Positions 10,986 through 21,242 of a DNA stretch of 36,352 nucleotides are shown here, in pieces. The translations under genes were made by a program, and so were the position numbers. How positions within the stretch are numbered: the first letter of the stretch is position 1; the number at the start of each line of letters is the position of its first letter. A model generated the notes under the pieces. The model saw nothing but the letters and a program-made list of their open reading frames with translations. It searched no databases and was not told the origin of the DNA. Origin of the DNA: Octopus bimaculoides (Eukaryota). The stretch spans positions 52,796,342-52,832,693 of the forward strand of contig NC_068990.1 of the NCBI RefSeq assembly GCF_001194135.2, read 5' to 3'.

Positions 10986-12540
10986 GGTTGTTGGATTCCT
11001 TGTTAAATTTGTGAATTGCATAAGAAGCCATGCTCAAGTAATAAGGGATATAAAATGTTCAAAACACATATTTTGATATTTATTTCTATTATCAATAGAT
11101 TTAACTTTGAATTCTATTATGATTGATTGTCCTGTATTTTCAGTTCCATTATCTTCTATCAAAGCTATTGAATATATCTGAACGGTCTCCTCTTAATCAT
11201 GTTGAAGGTTTTAACCCCATTCCTCAACTGTTCTATAGTTCAAATTTGTGACTGAGCTCTGCTATCCATGTATGCTAATCCTATTAAGTTTCATCTCTGG
11301 AGAAAAAGATTCTTATTTGACCACTGCATTGCCACAAATATAAATGTAGCTCTTTCTAACCCATATAAACAACTTGACTGTATCTATGACCTGCTTAGCT
11401 CTTACACTTGTTTTTCTCTGGTAATTTAATAACCTGATTGCAGTTAAACTCACACACCCTTCATCTATATACACTTTACTCTTCCCACTACTTCAATGTC
11501 CAGACCTCAAAAGACAGCACTAACACTCAATCACTACAAATATTAAGGAAGCAGTCTACACAACTCTTTAACACCTATAGAGTCTCATGATGAGGACACT
11601 ATCTGATTTCTTAGCACAATCTAGCTTATATAAAACATTGCTAAACTGGCATCTCAAGGATGATGCTTCCTCTTGAGAGCCAGAAAAATTTTAACCCTGA
11701 TCTTTTATTCATGCTCTTCAAAGTTTGAGCAAGATTTACATTAGAGTACTGTTCTAAAAGGTGAAACAGTGCTGCTGCTACTTACACAATCATTATGTAG
11801 CACATCCCAAATCAGGTTATATGGTTGATTGACTCACCAAACATTACAATTAAGCTCACAGATGTCCTCTTTCTTATTGCTGCTGCTGCTACTTTTTTAA
11901 CCTCTCTATTGTCAGCTGAAAATAGCACACATTATTTCATTTAAAATTAAATTGTTCCAGTCATTATCAAATTAATCAATACTGATGTCATTTTGACAGG
12001 TCTATGTAATTCTTCCAATTCTTTCCATCTTTCATTTCTGCCCCTAGTTCTTGTTTCTCTTGAAGAACTTTGACCAGAGGTTGTTATTAGTCTCTGTGGT
12101 AGAAAGACTGCCTGCTTTCTGTTGGATGTTTTTGTAGCAAGAAGTGTTGTTACTGGGATGGACTGGGAATGTTTACCCAGCCTGGAAAACCAAGTCTGTG
12201 ATGAGTAATCTTTATGTCCTACTAGACCAGTATTTGATGCCATCTTTGTTTCATGCTGTCATCTTCAGATACCATTGATTGTTTTAATCACTGAACTATG
12301 ACATGGGATTCAAAGACAAGCAGAGAAATGTTTTGCTTTTGTTTGATGAGTATGATAGATAATGAAGTGCTGAAAATTTGATCAGTATCGCAACACCTTA
12401 AACTCACTGCTACTGGGACCAAAGAAACAATATTTTCTGGCATGCTGGGCCCTTCCATATTTTTGAAGATTAAGTATCAATAGATTATTTGATGATAGAC
12501 TTAAAAATAATTGTTTAAACACAACTTCCCATTTGAGGGG

Positions 12541-12824
12541 TTACTCTTTTACTTGTTTCAGTTATTTGACTGTGGCCATGCTGGAGCACCGTGTTTAGTC
12601 GAGCAAATTGACCCCAGGACTGTTTCTTTGTAAGCCTAGTACTTATTCTATCGGTCTCTTTTGCTGAACCGCTAAGTTACGGGGATGTAAACACACCAGC
12701 ATCGGTTGTCGAGCGATGTTGGGGGGGGGGGGCAAACACAGACAGACAAACATATACACATACATACATATATATATACATATATACGACAGGCTTCTTT
12801 CAGTTTCCGTCTACCAAATCCACT
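12541..12824 (-). mobile_element. tRNA-derived SINE whose head is truncated at the Penelope junction
   Basis: Well-preserved body (gagcaaattgaccccagg..tacttattctatcggtctcttttgctgaaccgctaagttacgggg). Homologous to 20560-20967; stops at caaatccact. Confidence 0.9.
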
Positions 12825-14410
12825 AACAGCTAGTATAAGAGTTACCCTAAAAGCCACACATTGAACAAAATATATGCCCAGGACGAGGGGGCAGCCATCG
12901 GTGTTAGTATCGCCGGTGATGTGGCCAATCTTTTCATGGTATGGTGGGACTGAAGGCTTAAGGAGCGCCTTACACAGAACTCCATACTCATGAACATGTA
13001 CTCTCGCTATGTCGATGATATCAACGTAGTGGTAAAGGCACCCCCACAAGAGAGTACTCTTGAAATAGAAATAAAAACTAATACTATGGAGAGCATCCAG
13101 CAAATAGCTAACTCCATCCACCAGAGTATTAAGGTCACGATAGACTACCCTACTAAACACCCTAACCATAGACTACCAGTATTAGATACAGAACTCTGGC
13201 TGGAAACTGAGAATAATAAAACCCGAATCCTTCATTCACACTATGCCAAACCTATGGCCTCCATAAAGAAAGGATCAGAGTATACAAAGGAGCCATGAGG
13301 AAATTTGAAATTATCAATCGTAACAATAGGAATAGGATTTGCCCACTTTATAGGAGCAAGTCATGGAACACCATTGAAAGGTTTAAGAAGAAAATAGGGA
13401 AGGCCAACTCATGGTATGATAGCCACAAATACGAGAGTGTCATGTTCGTTGACACCACCCCTAGAGGCGAACTGGCATACTGCTTTAGAAAGGCCCTAGA
13501 CAAACTTAAGCTAAGAATTAAGGTTGTTGAAAGGCCAGGCAACCCTATCAAATCCCTTATCGGTAGAACCTACCCTTTTAGTAGAACCCCCTGTACTGAT
13601 AGGAACTGTATTGTATGTAGATTTAGCCCACAAACAAACTGTAAAGCCAGAAATGTAGTCTATAGTATAAGATGTACAGAGGGACGATGCAGTAACAAGA
13701 CAACGATGTATGTAGGGGAAATGGCACGGAGCATAGGAGAGCAGGTAAATGAACATTGGAGGGAACTTAAGGAAGAGAAGAGCTCATCAGTTCTGTACTA
13801 GCACGCTGAGCAGGAACACGGAGGCTCACTCAATAACATAGAAGTTAAAATCTTGTCCACACATAGAATAGACACAACGCTTAGACAAATTACAGAAGCT
13901 ACATACATAATAGAAGATAAACCTAGCCTGAATAGGAAACTGGAATGGAACACTAGCACACACCCCCAACACACCACAACATATGGCAATAAAATCCCCA
14001 TAAACTGATAACAATACAATACACAGATAAACGAATGGAATTAAATAACTATATACGTTAACAAAATGAAATGAAATTAAATTAAATATGAAAAAAAAAC
14101 AAAGAATAGAAAAAATAATAACAACAAGTAGGTATAAACACATGAACAAATAAATAAAAACAAATTAAACGGACGTGTATAAACAAGGGATACAGATAAT
14201 ACAGGCACTCTCCATACACACACATGCACTTACTAAACATAGACACACATAGGGGGATACGCATGCGCAAATAAAGACACATACAATAGGAATACAAAAT
14301 ACAAAATGGCTGATCGTTAGTAAGGAAAGACAGACAAATAGGAAAGAAGAAAGCAAAGGACCACTGATGAGGTCACAGAAGTGTGACGAAAGAACTCTGG
14401 CCGAAATACG
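12825..14410 (+). mobile_element. Penelope-like retroelement (RT + Cys-rich linker + GIY-YIG endonuclease), 5'-truncated, with internal deletion
   Basis: RT motifs YAQDEGAAIGVSIAGDVANLFMVWWD*, RYVDD, DYP..LPVLD and HYAKPMAS. Linker CTDRNCIVC. GIY-YIG-like VVYSIRC..MYVGEMARS..EH. The frame continues past TAG 13799-13801 to 14008 (RQITEA..PSLNRK). A-rich 3' UTR with a hammerhead motif. The Cys linker suggests a Neptune-like group (inference). Confidence 0.9.
14358..14402 (+). ncRNA. Minimal type I hammerhead ribozyme motif in the Penelope 3' terminal region
   Basis: GGACCA CTGATGA G GTCACA-GAAG-TGTGAC GAA AGAACT C TGGCC. Stem II is a perfect 6 bp, stem I is short (CCA/TGG plus GG/CC around a bulge), and the cleavage triplet is CUC. 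Confidence 0.65.
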
Positions 14411-14512
14411 AAATACGATTAATGTAATGTAAAATAAAGCTGAAGCAAATTAACACCAAATATATAGTGCATGTGTTTTTATTGGCTAAACTGGCAACAT
14501 GACCATCGCCAA

Positions 14513-15210
14513 NNNNNNNNNNNNNNNNNNNNNNNNNNNNNNNNNNNNNNNNNNNNNNNNNNNNNNNNNNNNNNNNNNNNNNNNNNNNNNNNNNNNNNNN
14601 NNNNNNNNNNNNNNNNNNNNNNNNNNNNNNNNNNNNNNNNNNNNNNNNNNNNNNNNNNNNNNNNNNNNNNNNNNNNNNNNNNNNNNNNNNNNNNNNNNNN
14701 NNNNNNNNNNNNNNNNNNNNNNNNNNNNNNNNNNNNNNNNNNNNNNNNNNNNNNNNNNNNNNNNNNNNNNNNNNNNNNNNNNNNNNNNNNNNNNNNNNNN
14801 NNNNNNNNNNNNNNNNNNNNNNNNNNNNNNNNNNNNNNNNNNNNNNNNNNNNNNNNNNNNNNNNNNNNNNNNNNNNNNNNNNNNNNNNNNNNNNNNNNNN
14901 NNNNNNNNNNNNNNNNNNNNNNNNNNNNNNNNNNNNNNNNNNNNNNNNNNNNNNNNNNNNNNNNNNNNNNNNNNNNNNNNNNNNNNNNNNNNNNNNNNNN
15001 NNNNNNNNNNNNNNNNNNNNNNNNNNNNNNNNNNNNNNNNNNNNNNNNNNNNNNNNNNNNNNNNNNNNNNNNNNNNNNNNNNNNNNNNNNNNNNNNNNNN
15101 NNNNNNNNNNNNNNNNNNNNNNNNNNNNNNNNNNNNNNNNNNNNNNNNNNNNNNNNNNNNNNNNNNNNNNNNNNNNNNNNNNNNNNNNNNNNNNNNNNNN
15201 NNNNNNNNNN
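14513..15210. other. Assembly gap (N run)
   Basis: Run of Ns. Confidence 1.
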
Positions 15211-16502
15211 GGTAGTGTTGGCTATAGCCTAGTCACCCGTATTGTTAACCAGGTGATACACGAAGGAGTCATACCCAATGACTGGTGTAGCAGCACCATA
15301 GTCAACTGCTACAAAGGTAAAGGTGATGCTTTAGATACAAATAATTACAGGGGTATCAAGCTGTTAGATCAGGTAATGAAAGTCACGGAGAGGGTCATAG
15401 CCCAACTACTTAGGGAGTGAGTCAGTTTAGATGAGATGCAGTTTGGGTTCGTGCCTAGGAAAAGCACCACTGATGCTATATTTCTGGTAAGACAGCTGCA
15501 GGAGAAATACCTAGCCAACGATAAACCTCTGTACCTGGCTTTCGTTGACATGGAGAAAGCCTTTGACATGGTCCTCTGATCCTTCATCTGGTGGTCAATA
15601 AGGAAACTAGAGATAGAAGAATGGTTAGTGAGAGCTGTGCGAGCCATGTACAGACGCTGTCAGTAAGGTGAGGGCTGGCAATGAGTACAGTGAAGAATTC
15701 TGGGTAGAGGTAGGGGTCCACCAAGGTTCTGTCCTCAGCCCCCTCCTATTTATCATAGTCCTCCAGGCGATAACAGAGGAATTCAAGACGGGATGCCCCT
15801 GGGAGCTCCTCTATGCTGATGACCTTGCACGAATTGCTGAGTCACTATCAGAACTAGAGAAGTTTCAGGTGTGGAAGCAAGGACTAGAATCGAAGGGCCT
15901 TAGAGTGAACCTAGCTAAAACCAAAGTCCTAATAAGTAGGAAGGTAAAAAAAACACAAACCCCTTCAGGTAGATGGCCCTGCTTGATCTGTAGAAAAGGT
16001 GTAGGTAGAAACTCTATAAGATGCACCCAGTGCAAGCTATGGACACATAAGAGGGGCGCAGCAATATCAAAGGAAAGTTAACTAGGAAGCTAGTTTTTGT
16101 ATGTAGCAGATATTCAGGAGCTGTAAACACTGTAAATGTGCAGAAAACAACTTCTGCCACATTCCAGGGAGAAAAACAAGACGTAGTTGATAGCTTCCGC
16201 TATCTAGGTGACTAAGTTAGTAGTGGGGGAGGGTGCGCTGAAAGTGTAGCTGCTAGAATAAGAATAGCCTGGGCAAAGTTCAGAGAGCTCTTACCTCTGC
16301 TGGTGACAAAGGGTCTCTCTCTCAGTAAAAGGCAGACTGTATGACGCATGTGTACGAACAGTCATGCTTCATGGCAGTGAAACATGGGCCGTGACTGCTG
16401 AAAACATGCATAGGCTCGCAAGGAATGAAGTCAGTATGCTCCAATGGATGTAAAATGTCAGTGTGCATACTAGACAGAGTGTAAGTACCTTGAGAGAAAA
16501 GT
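15211..16502 (+). mobile_element. RTE-type LINE, RT region (decayed), bounded by gaps
   Basis: YKGKGDALDTNNYRGIKLL, QFGFVP..STTDAIF, FVDMEKAFD, VGVHQGSVLSPLLF, LLYADDL, GLRVNLAKTKV, FRYLG and HGSETW, with premature stops and frameshifts. Confidence 0.95.
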
Positions 16503-16602
16503 NNNNNNNNNNNNNNNNNNNNNNNNNNNNNNNNNNNNNNNNNNNNNNNNNNNNNNNNNNNNNNNNNNNNNNNNNNNNNNNNNNNNNNNNNNNNNNNNNN
16601 NN
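16503..16602. other. Assembly gap (100 N, probably of unknown size)
   Basis: Exactly 100 Ns. Confidence 1.
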
Positions 16603-16782
16603 CCCTTTGTCACCAGCAGAGGTAAGAGCTCTCTGAACTTTGCCCAGACAATTCTTCTTCTAGCAGCTACACTTTCAGTGCACCCTACACCGCTACAAAC
16701 TTGGTCACCTAGGTAGCGGAAGCTATCAACTACTCCCTGGAGTGTAGCAAAGGTTGTTTTCTGCACATTTTCAGTGTTTATT
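16603..16782 (-). repeat. Exact duplicate of RTE segment 17198-17397 (likely assembly artefact)
   Basis: Identical to 17198-17308 and 17355-17397, including copy-specific variants. Flanked by Ns on both sides. Confidence 0.85.
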
Positions 16783-16792
16783 NNNNNNNNNN

Positions 16793-17657
16793 TGGTCACT
16801 GGTCATTGCCTTGGTGAGGGCTAAAGTTCAGAGGTTGTGCTGCACCCCGTCATCCCACGTCTTCCTGGGTCTACCTCTTCCACAGGTTCCCTCAACTGCT
16901 AGGGTGTCGTACTTTTTCACACAGCTATCCTCATCCATTCTTGCCACATGTCCATACCAGTGCAATCGTCTCTCTTGCACACCACAACTGATGCTTCTTA
17001 GGTCTAACTTTTCTCTCAAGGTACTTACACTTTGTCGAGTATGCACACTGACATTACACCTCCATCGGAGCATACTGGCTTCGTTTCTTGCAAGCTTACG
17101 CATGTCCTCAGCAATCACGGCCCATGTTTCACTCCCATGTAGCATAGCTGTTTGTACACATGCGTCATACAGTTTGCCTTTTACTCTGAGTGAGAGGCCC
17201 TTTGTCACCAGCAGAGGTAAGAGCTCTCTGAACTTTGCCCAGACAATTCTTCTTCTAGCAGCTACACTTTCAGTGCACCCTACACCGCTACAAACTTGGT
17301 CACCTAGGNNNNNNNNNNNNNNNNNNNNNNNNNNNNNNNNNNNNNNNNNNNNNNGAGTGTAGCAAAGGTTGTTTTCTGCACATTTTCAGTGTTTATTGCT
17401 CCTGAGCATCTGCCACATACAAAAACTATCTTGCTAGTTAGCCTTCCTTTGATATTGCTGCACCTCTTATATGTCCATAGTTTACACTGGGTACATCTTA
17501 TGGGGTTTCTACCTACGCCTTTTCTACAGATCGAGCAGGGCCATCTACCTGAAGGGGTTTGTGTTTTGTCTACCTTCCTACTTATTAGGACTTTGGTTTT
17601 AGCTAGGTTGACTCTAAGGCCCTTCGATTCTAGTCTTTGCTTCCACACCTGAAACTT
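16793..17657 (-). mobile_element. RTE-type LINE, 3' part of the ORF, inverted relative to 15211-16502
   Basis: ORFs 17304-17648 and 16828-17208: GLRVNLAKTKVL, WPCSICRKGVG..CTQC, HGSETW, RRLHWYGHVARM and GRGRPRKTW (RTE-type C-terminus). Confidence 0.95.
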
Positions 17658-17843
17658 TGAGAAAAATTATTAGGTGTGCTATGAGTATTGTTCTGAAGCA
17701 CAGGCATGGTAGAATGATGAAAAATGTTTTTGATTTTACTACATGGGGCAAATTCTTTCTGTCATAGCATCAGGTCAATTCATATCATGTGAGTAGAATT
17801 GGTGGAGAGAAACTGTGGAAGTCACTTTGTGTATGTATTTACA

Positions 17844-18358
17844 AGCATGGCTCTGTGGTTAAAAAGTTTGCTTTCCAGTAACATAGTTTTGGGCTCAGTC
17901 TCATTGAGCAAGTGGTACATTGGCAATATGTCATCTACTATAGTCCCAGACTGACAAAGCCTTTTGAGTAGATTTGATAAATGGAAACTGAGAGAAATTT
18001 GTTTGGTGTGTGTAAATCTGGTAGAACAAACAGGAGAAATAGAACTCACTACATAAATATATTTTTTTTTTTTTTTTTGCATTGACAGAAAGTTGTAAAA
18101 AGTAATTCAAGGATGGAGACTATTTTGCATGGTACTTATCAGACCAAGGAATTTTTTTAAATGCCTTGAGTCATTGTTGTAACTTTCTGCTGATTAATGG
18201 CGTGTCTGTCTGTCTCAACATTGCATGCTAATTGTAAACAAACCTTATTGACATACATACAATATTGTTTGTTTGTAATCTTCTGTGAGATCAGGTCTAG
18301 CTATTGTGCTCTAAGGACTAGTGGAAATATACCTTGTCTGGAAGAAGGTGAGAGTTGC
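17844..18358 (+). mobile_element. Degenerate tRNA-derived SINE
   Basis: Head agcatggctctgtggttaaaaagtttgctttcc..aaagccttttgagtagatttg resembles 10288-10440. The 3' part resembles 10660-10890. Confidence 0.55.
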
Positions 18359-18864
18359 AAGTGATTGGTCTGTTTGAAATCTATAACCAATGAGGTTGCT
18401 ATTCACCAATTTTGCTATAAACATTTCTTCTATAGCCTGAAGTAATCCACATTTTGTGAGTGAAATTAGGTAGGTTGACACAATGTTGTAGCCTATCAAA
18501 TGAAATGTAAATGTAATACAAATGGTCACTATTGTCATAATGTTTGGCTGACCTTATCTGTGTTTTATGTTAAGGGGACAAATGTTTGTGAAATTATCTA
18601 CTACTTTGACTCTTGGTCAACAAGTATTTTCATTGATCAAGCAATGAGAATACTTATTGTTTATATAATCCAAAAGAGGTAGGGCAGCACTTGTGATCAT
18701 TTGCTCAGCTTCTCATAGGGGAAAGGAGAAAGAAGAGACGGTTTAGGTGTCCCTGGTCCCAATGTTTGCAACAGTGGACTCCTCTAAAGGCACCAAGAAG
18801 CCAAGGATAGTGTTGTTAGACTAATTTTACCATCTAAGAACAGGTGAAGTCCATCTGTTGGACT

Positions 18865-18983
18865 TCTGTACAGCTTTTATCTTTCCAGTTTCATTCACAA
18901 AGTCTTTGGTAAACCTGCAGCAATGGTAAAAAACATCTATCAGAGGTACCACAAAATTGGGAAGCAGTTTTCTTAACCACACA
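18865..18983 (-). mobile_element. Degenerate SINE head remnant
   Basis: ttcattcacaaag..gaggtaccac..ttcttaaccacac aligns loosely to 20835-20958. Confidence 0.45.
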
Positions 18984-20157
18984 CTCTTACAGTTGCCCAA
19001 TTCTTTGCATTTGTGTCTTCTGTCAATGTAAAGTGTTTGAACTGAATTTGGATTTCAATATGCTAATTTAAATTAGAAATATGTCACCTTAATTATGTAT
19101 GTTCATGACTATAGCCTCAAATATAGCATTAGTTGTTTATTTTTAAATATTTAAAAATTTGAAATATATATTTATTCAAGTGCTCTTGATGTTGTAGTGT
19201 ATGTATGTGTTGTGATGGTAGTGCAATGTCAAAATTTAGGTTGTATTTCAAAGCTCACGAACATTTTATTGTTAAGAAAGCTTTGAGAATGGTCATTTGA
19301 TGTTTGGATAGATTGAACCTTCTTGTTAAGATGCTTATCAGTAAAAAATATAATTAAGGAAAAGTTTGTTTTTCTTTTTTCTCTTTCAAACTGTCATTTC
19401 TTTAAGCAGTGAGTAAATGAAAACAACATATTTATTTAGAAAAATAAATGAAGTGGGTGAAGTAGTGAATGATATGCATAACATTCTCTATTCACTGAAA
19501 TTTCTTTAGAGGAAGAAAACAAAACCTAGCAGTAATTTTTGGTGACTCTGAGAAAAGGGGGAAATAATTTTAAGAAATTAAAAATTCATTTAATAAAAAC
19601 ATTTATTTATGTGCTTAGGTGGAAAATCTGATCTTTGCTAACAAAATGGGTTGATGGGTGGAGATAGATATTTTTCAGTATTGTTGTACCACATCAGCAT
19701 AGTCTACTGAAACCTGTTTTGGTCTGTCAATAAGGGTTTTAACAACTCCTTACAAATATTTTCAGCTTGTTGTAATTTGCATAATTAAAAAAAAAAAGTA
19801 GGCAGAGGAAATAGCTCAAGTGTGTCAGATGTTTGTACTTGCTTGAGAGTTGATTTAGTGGTATTTTGGATGTTAGTAGATATTGTGTCCCTCCATGTAA
19901 ACAGATATCTTCAACTTTTACACTAAATATATCTGTATATTCTTTTTACTAAATCTTGTTTAAGAATTGAAGGTTTGTCAAAAAATGGTGTTCATTGATT
20001 TTTATTTTGTTTTTTTACCCCTAATTTTGTTTTTATTCTTTGTTTAAATGTTTTGACACTTTACTTTTGTTCAACGTTTGGTTTGTTGAATGAATGGATT
20101 AAATTTAAGAAAATATCACCCAAACATATTGTTTTCTTCCTATTTTGCTTTGTTCAG

Positions 20158-20198
20158 GACATGGAAAAAATAGCCATAGCAAGAAAACTGTTTCAGCT
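20158..20198 (+). CDS. Candidate 41-nt internal exon of an unidentified host gene
   Basis: Long polypyrimidine acceptor (ttttcttcctattttgctttgttcag) and donor GCT|gtaagg. Open in two frames (xGHGKNSHSKKTVSA or DMEKIAIARKLFQL). No homology recognised. Confidence 0.25.
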
Positions 20199-20559
20199 GT
20201 AAGGTTTCAAGGAATTTAAAACATTTGTATAATAAACCCCACCTCTCCCATTTTATATATCAGTACCAAATTAGGTGCTCCATTCTCTGCAGCTACATTG
20301 TTGCTTATAGAAGAGGTTGATTATTTGTATTATCCAGTTTTATCTGTATAACTTACCTCATGCAAACCTTATGAAACTGAAGAAAGAACATTCTAAAAAA
20401 TGTAATTCGAGATATTCTAAGCCTGAAAACAAGACAGGGCAGTCATGGCTGGAATGCCTTTGATCCTAGCTCTTCTCGATTGTGTAATTTATGTCATACA
20501 AATTTTATAAATTTTTGAGAGAACATTGAACTAATTCTTTTTTGGAATATCTTGAAGCG

Positions 20560-20772
20560 TTGTTTTAGTCATTGGACTGTAGCTTATGCTGGGACACCAC
20601 CTTGACGGGTTTAGTTAAACAAATTAACCCCAGTATTTTGTAAGTCTAGCATTTATTCTATTGGTCTCTTTTGCTAAACTGCTAAATTACAGGGATATAA
20701 ATAAACCAACACTGATTGTCAAGCAGTGGTGGATAACAAGCAGTACAATGACATACACTTATACATACATCT

Positions 20773-20806
<34 letters not shown>

Positions 20807-20967
20807 GATAGGCTTCCTCACAGTTTCCATCTATCAAATTCATTCACAAGGCATTGGTTGGCCAGGGTTTATAACACAAGACACTTGCTCAAGGTGCCAT
20901 GCAGTGGGACTGAACCCAAAATCACATGGTTGTAAATTGAGCTTCTTAACCTCACAGCCATGCCTAC
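20560..20967 (-). mobile_element. Full-length tRNA-derived SINE with internal (CT)/(CA) microsatellite
   Basis: Reverse complement head ggcatggctgtgaggttaag..gggttcagtccc (box A/B-like)..ccttgagcaagtgtc. The body is homologous to 12541-12824. Confidence 0.85.
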
Positions 20968-21242
20968 TGTGACTTAAATTTCTATGAAGTTAGAAAAGTT
21001 TGTAAAAATTGAAATATGGTGATATAGTCTGTTCTCTTCTGTATTGATTGTTCTCTTCCATATTAAATCAACAGGTGATAATTTGGCATCTTATGTATAT
21101 GTATAATCTACAGCTTTACTGATTGAATCATCAACTACAGGTCTTTTGTCTTAAAAATGACAACAGAGAAAATATTACCAGAAGCAAAAAGATTTCTTGT
21201 AATATTTATAATTCTGTTGATTATTATTACTATTACCATTAT

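Noticed and set aside
12240-12275. Minus-strand CTGAAGA..GAAA motif
   Set aside because: Stem II is only about 2 bp, with no NUH or stem I closure.
20880-20967. tRNA-like box A/B sequences in SINE heads
   Set aside because: No cloverleaf or acceptor stem; they are attached to SINE bodies, so these are not tRNA genes.
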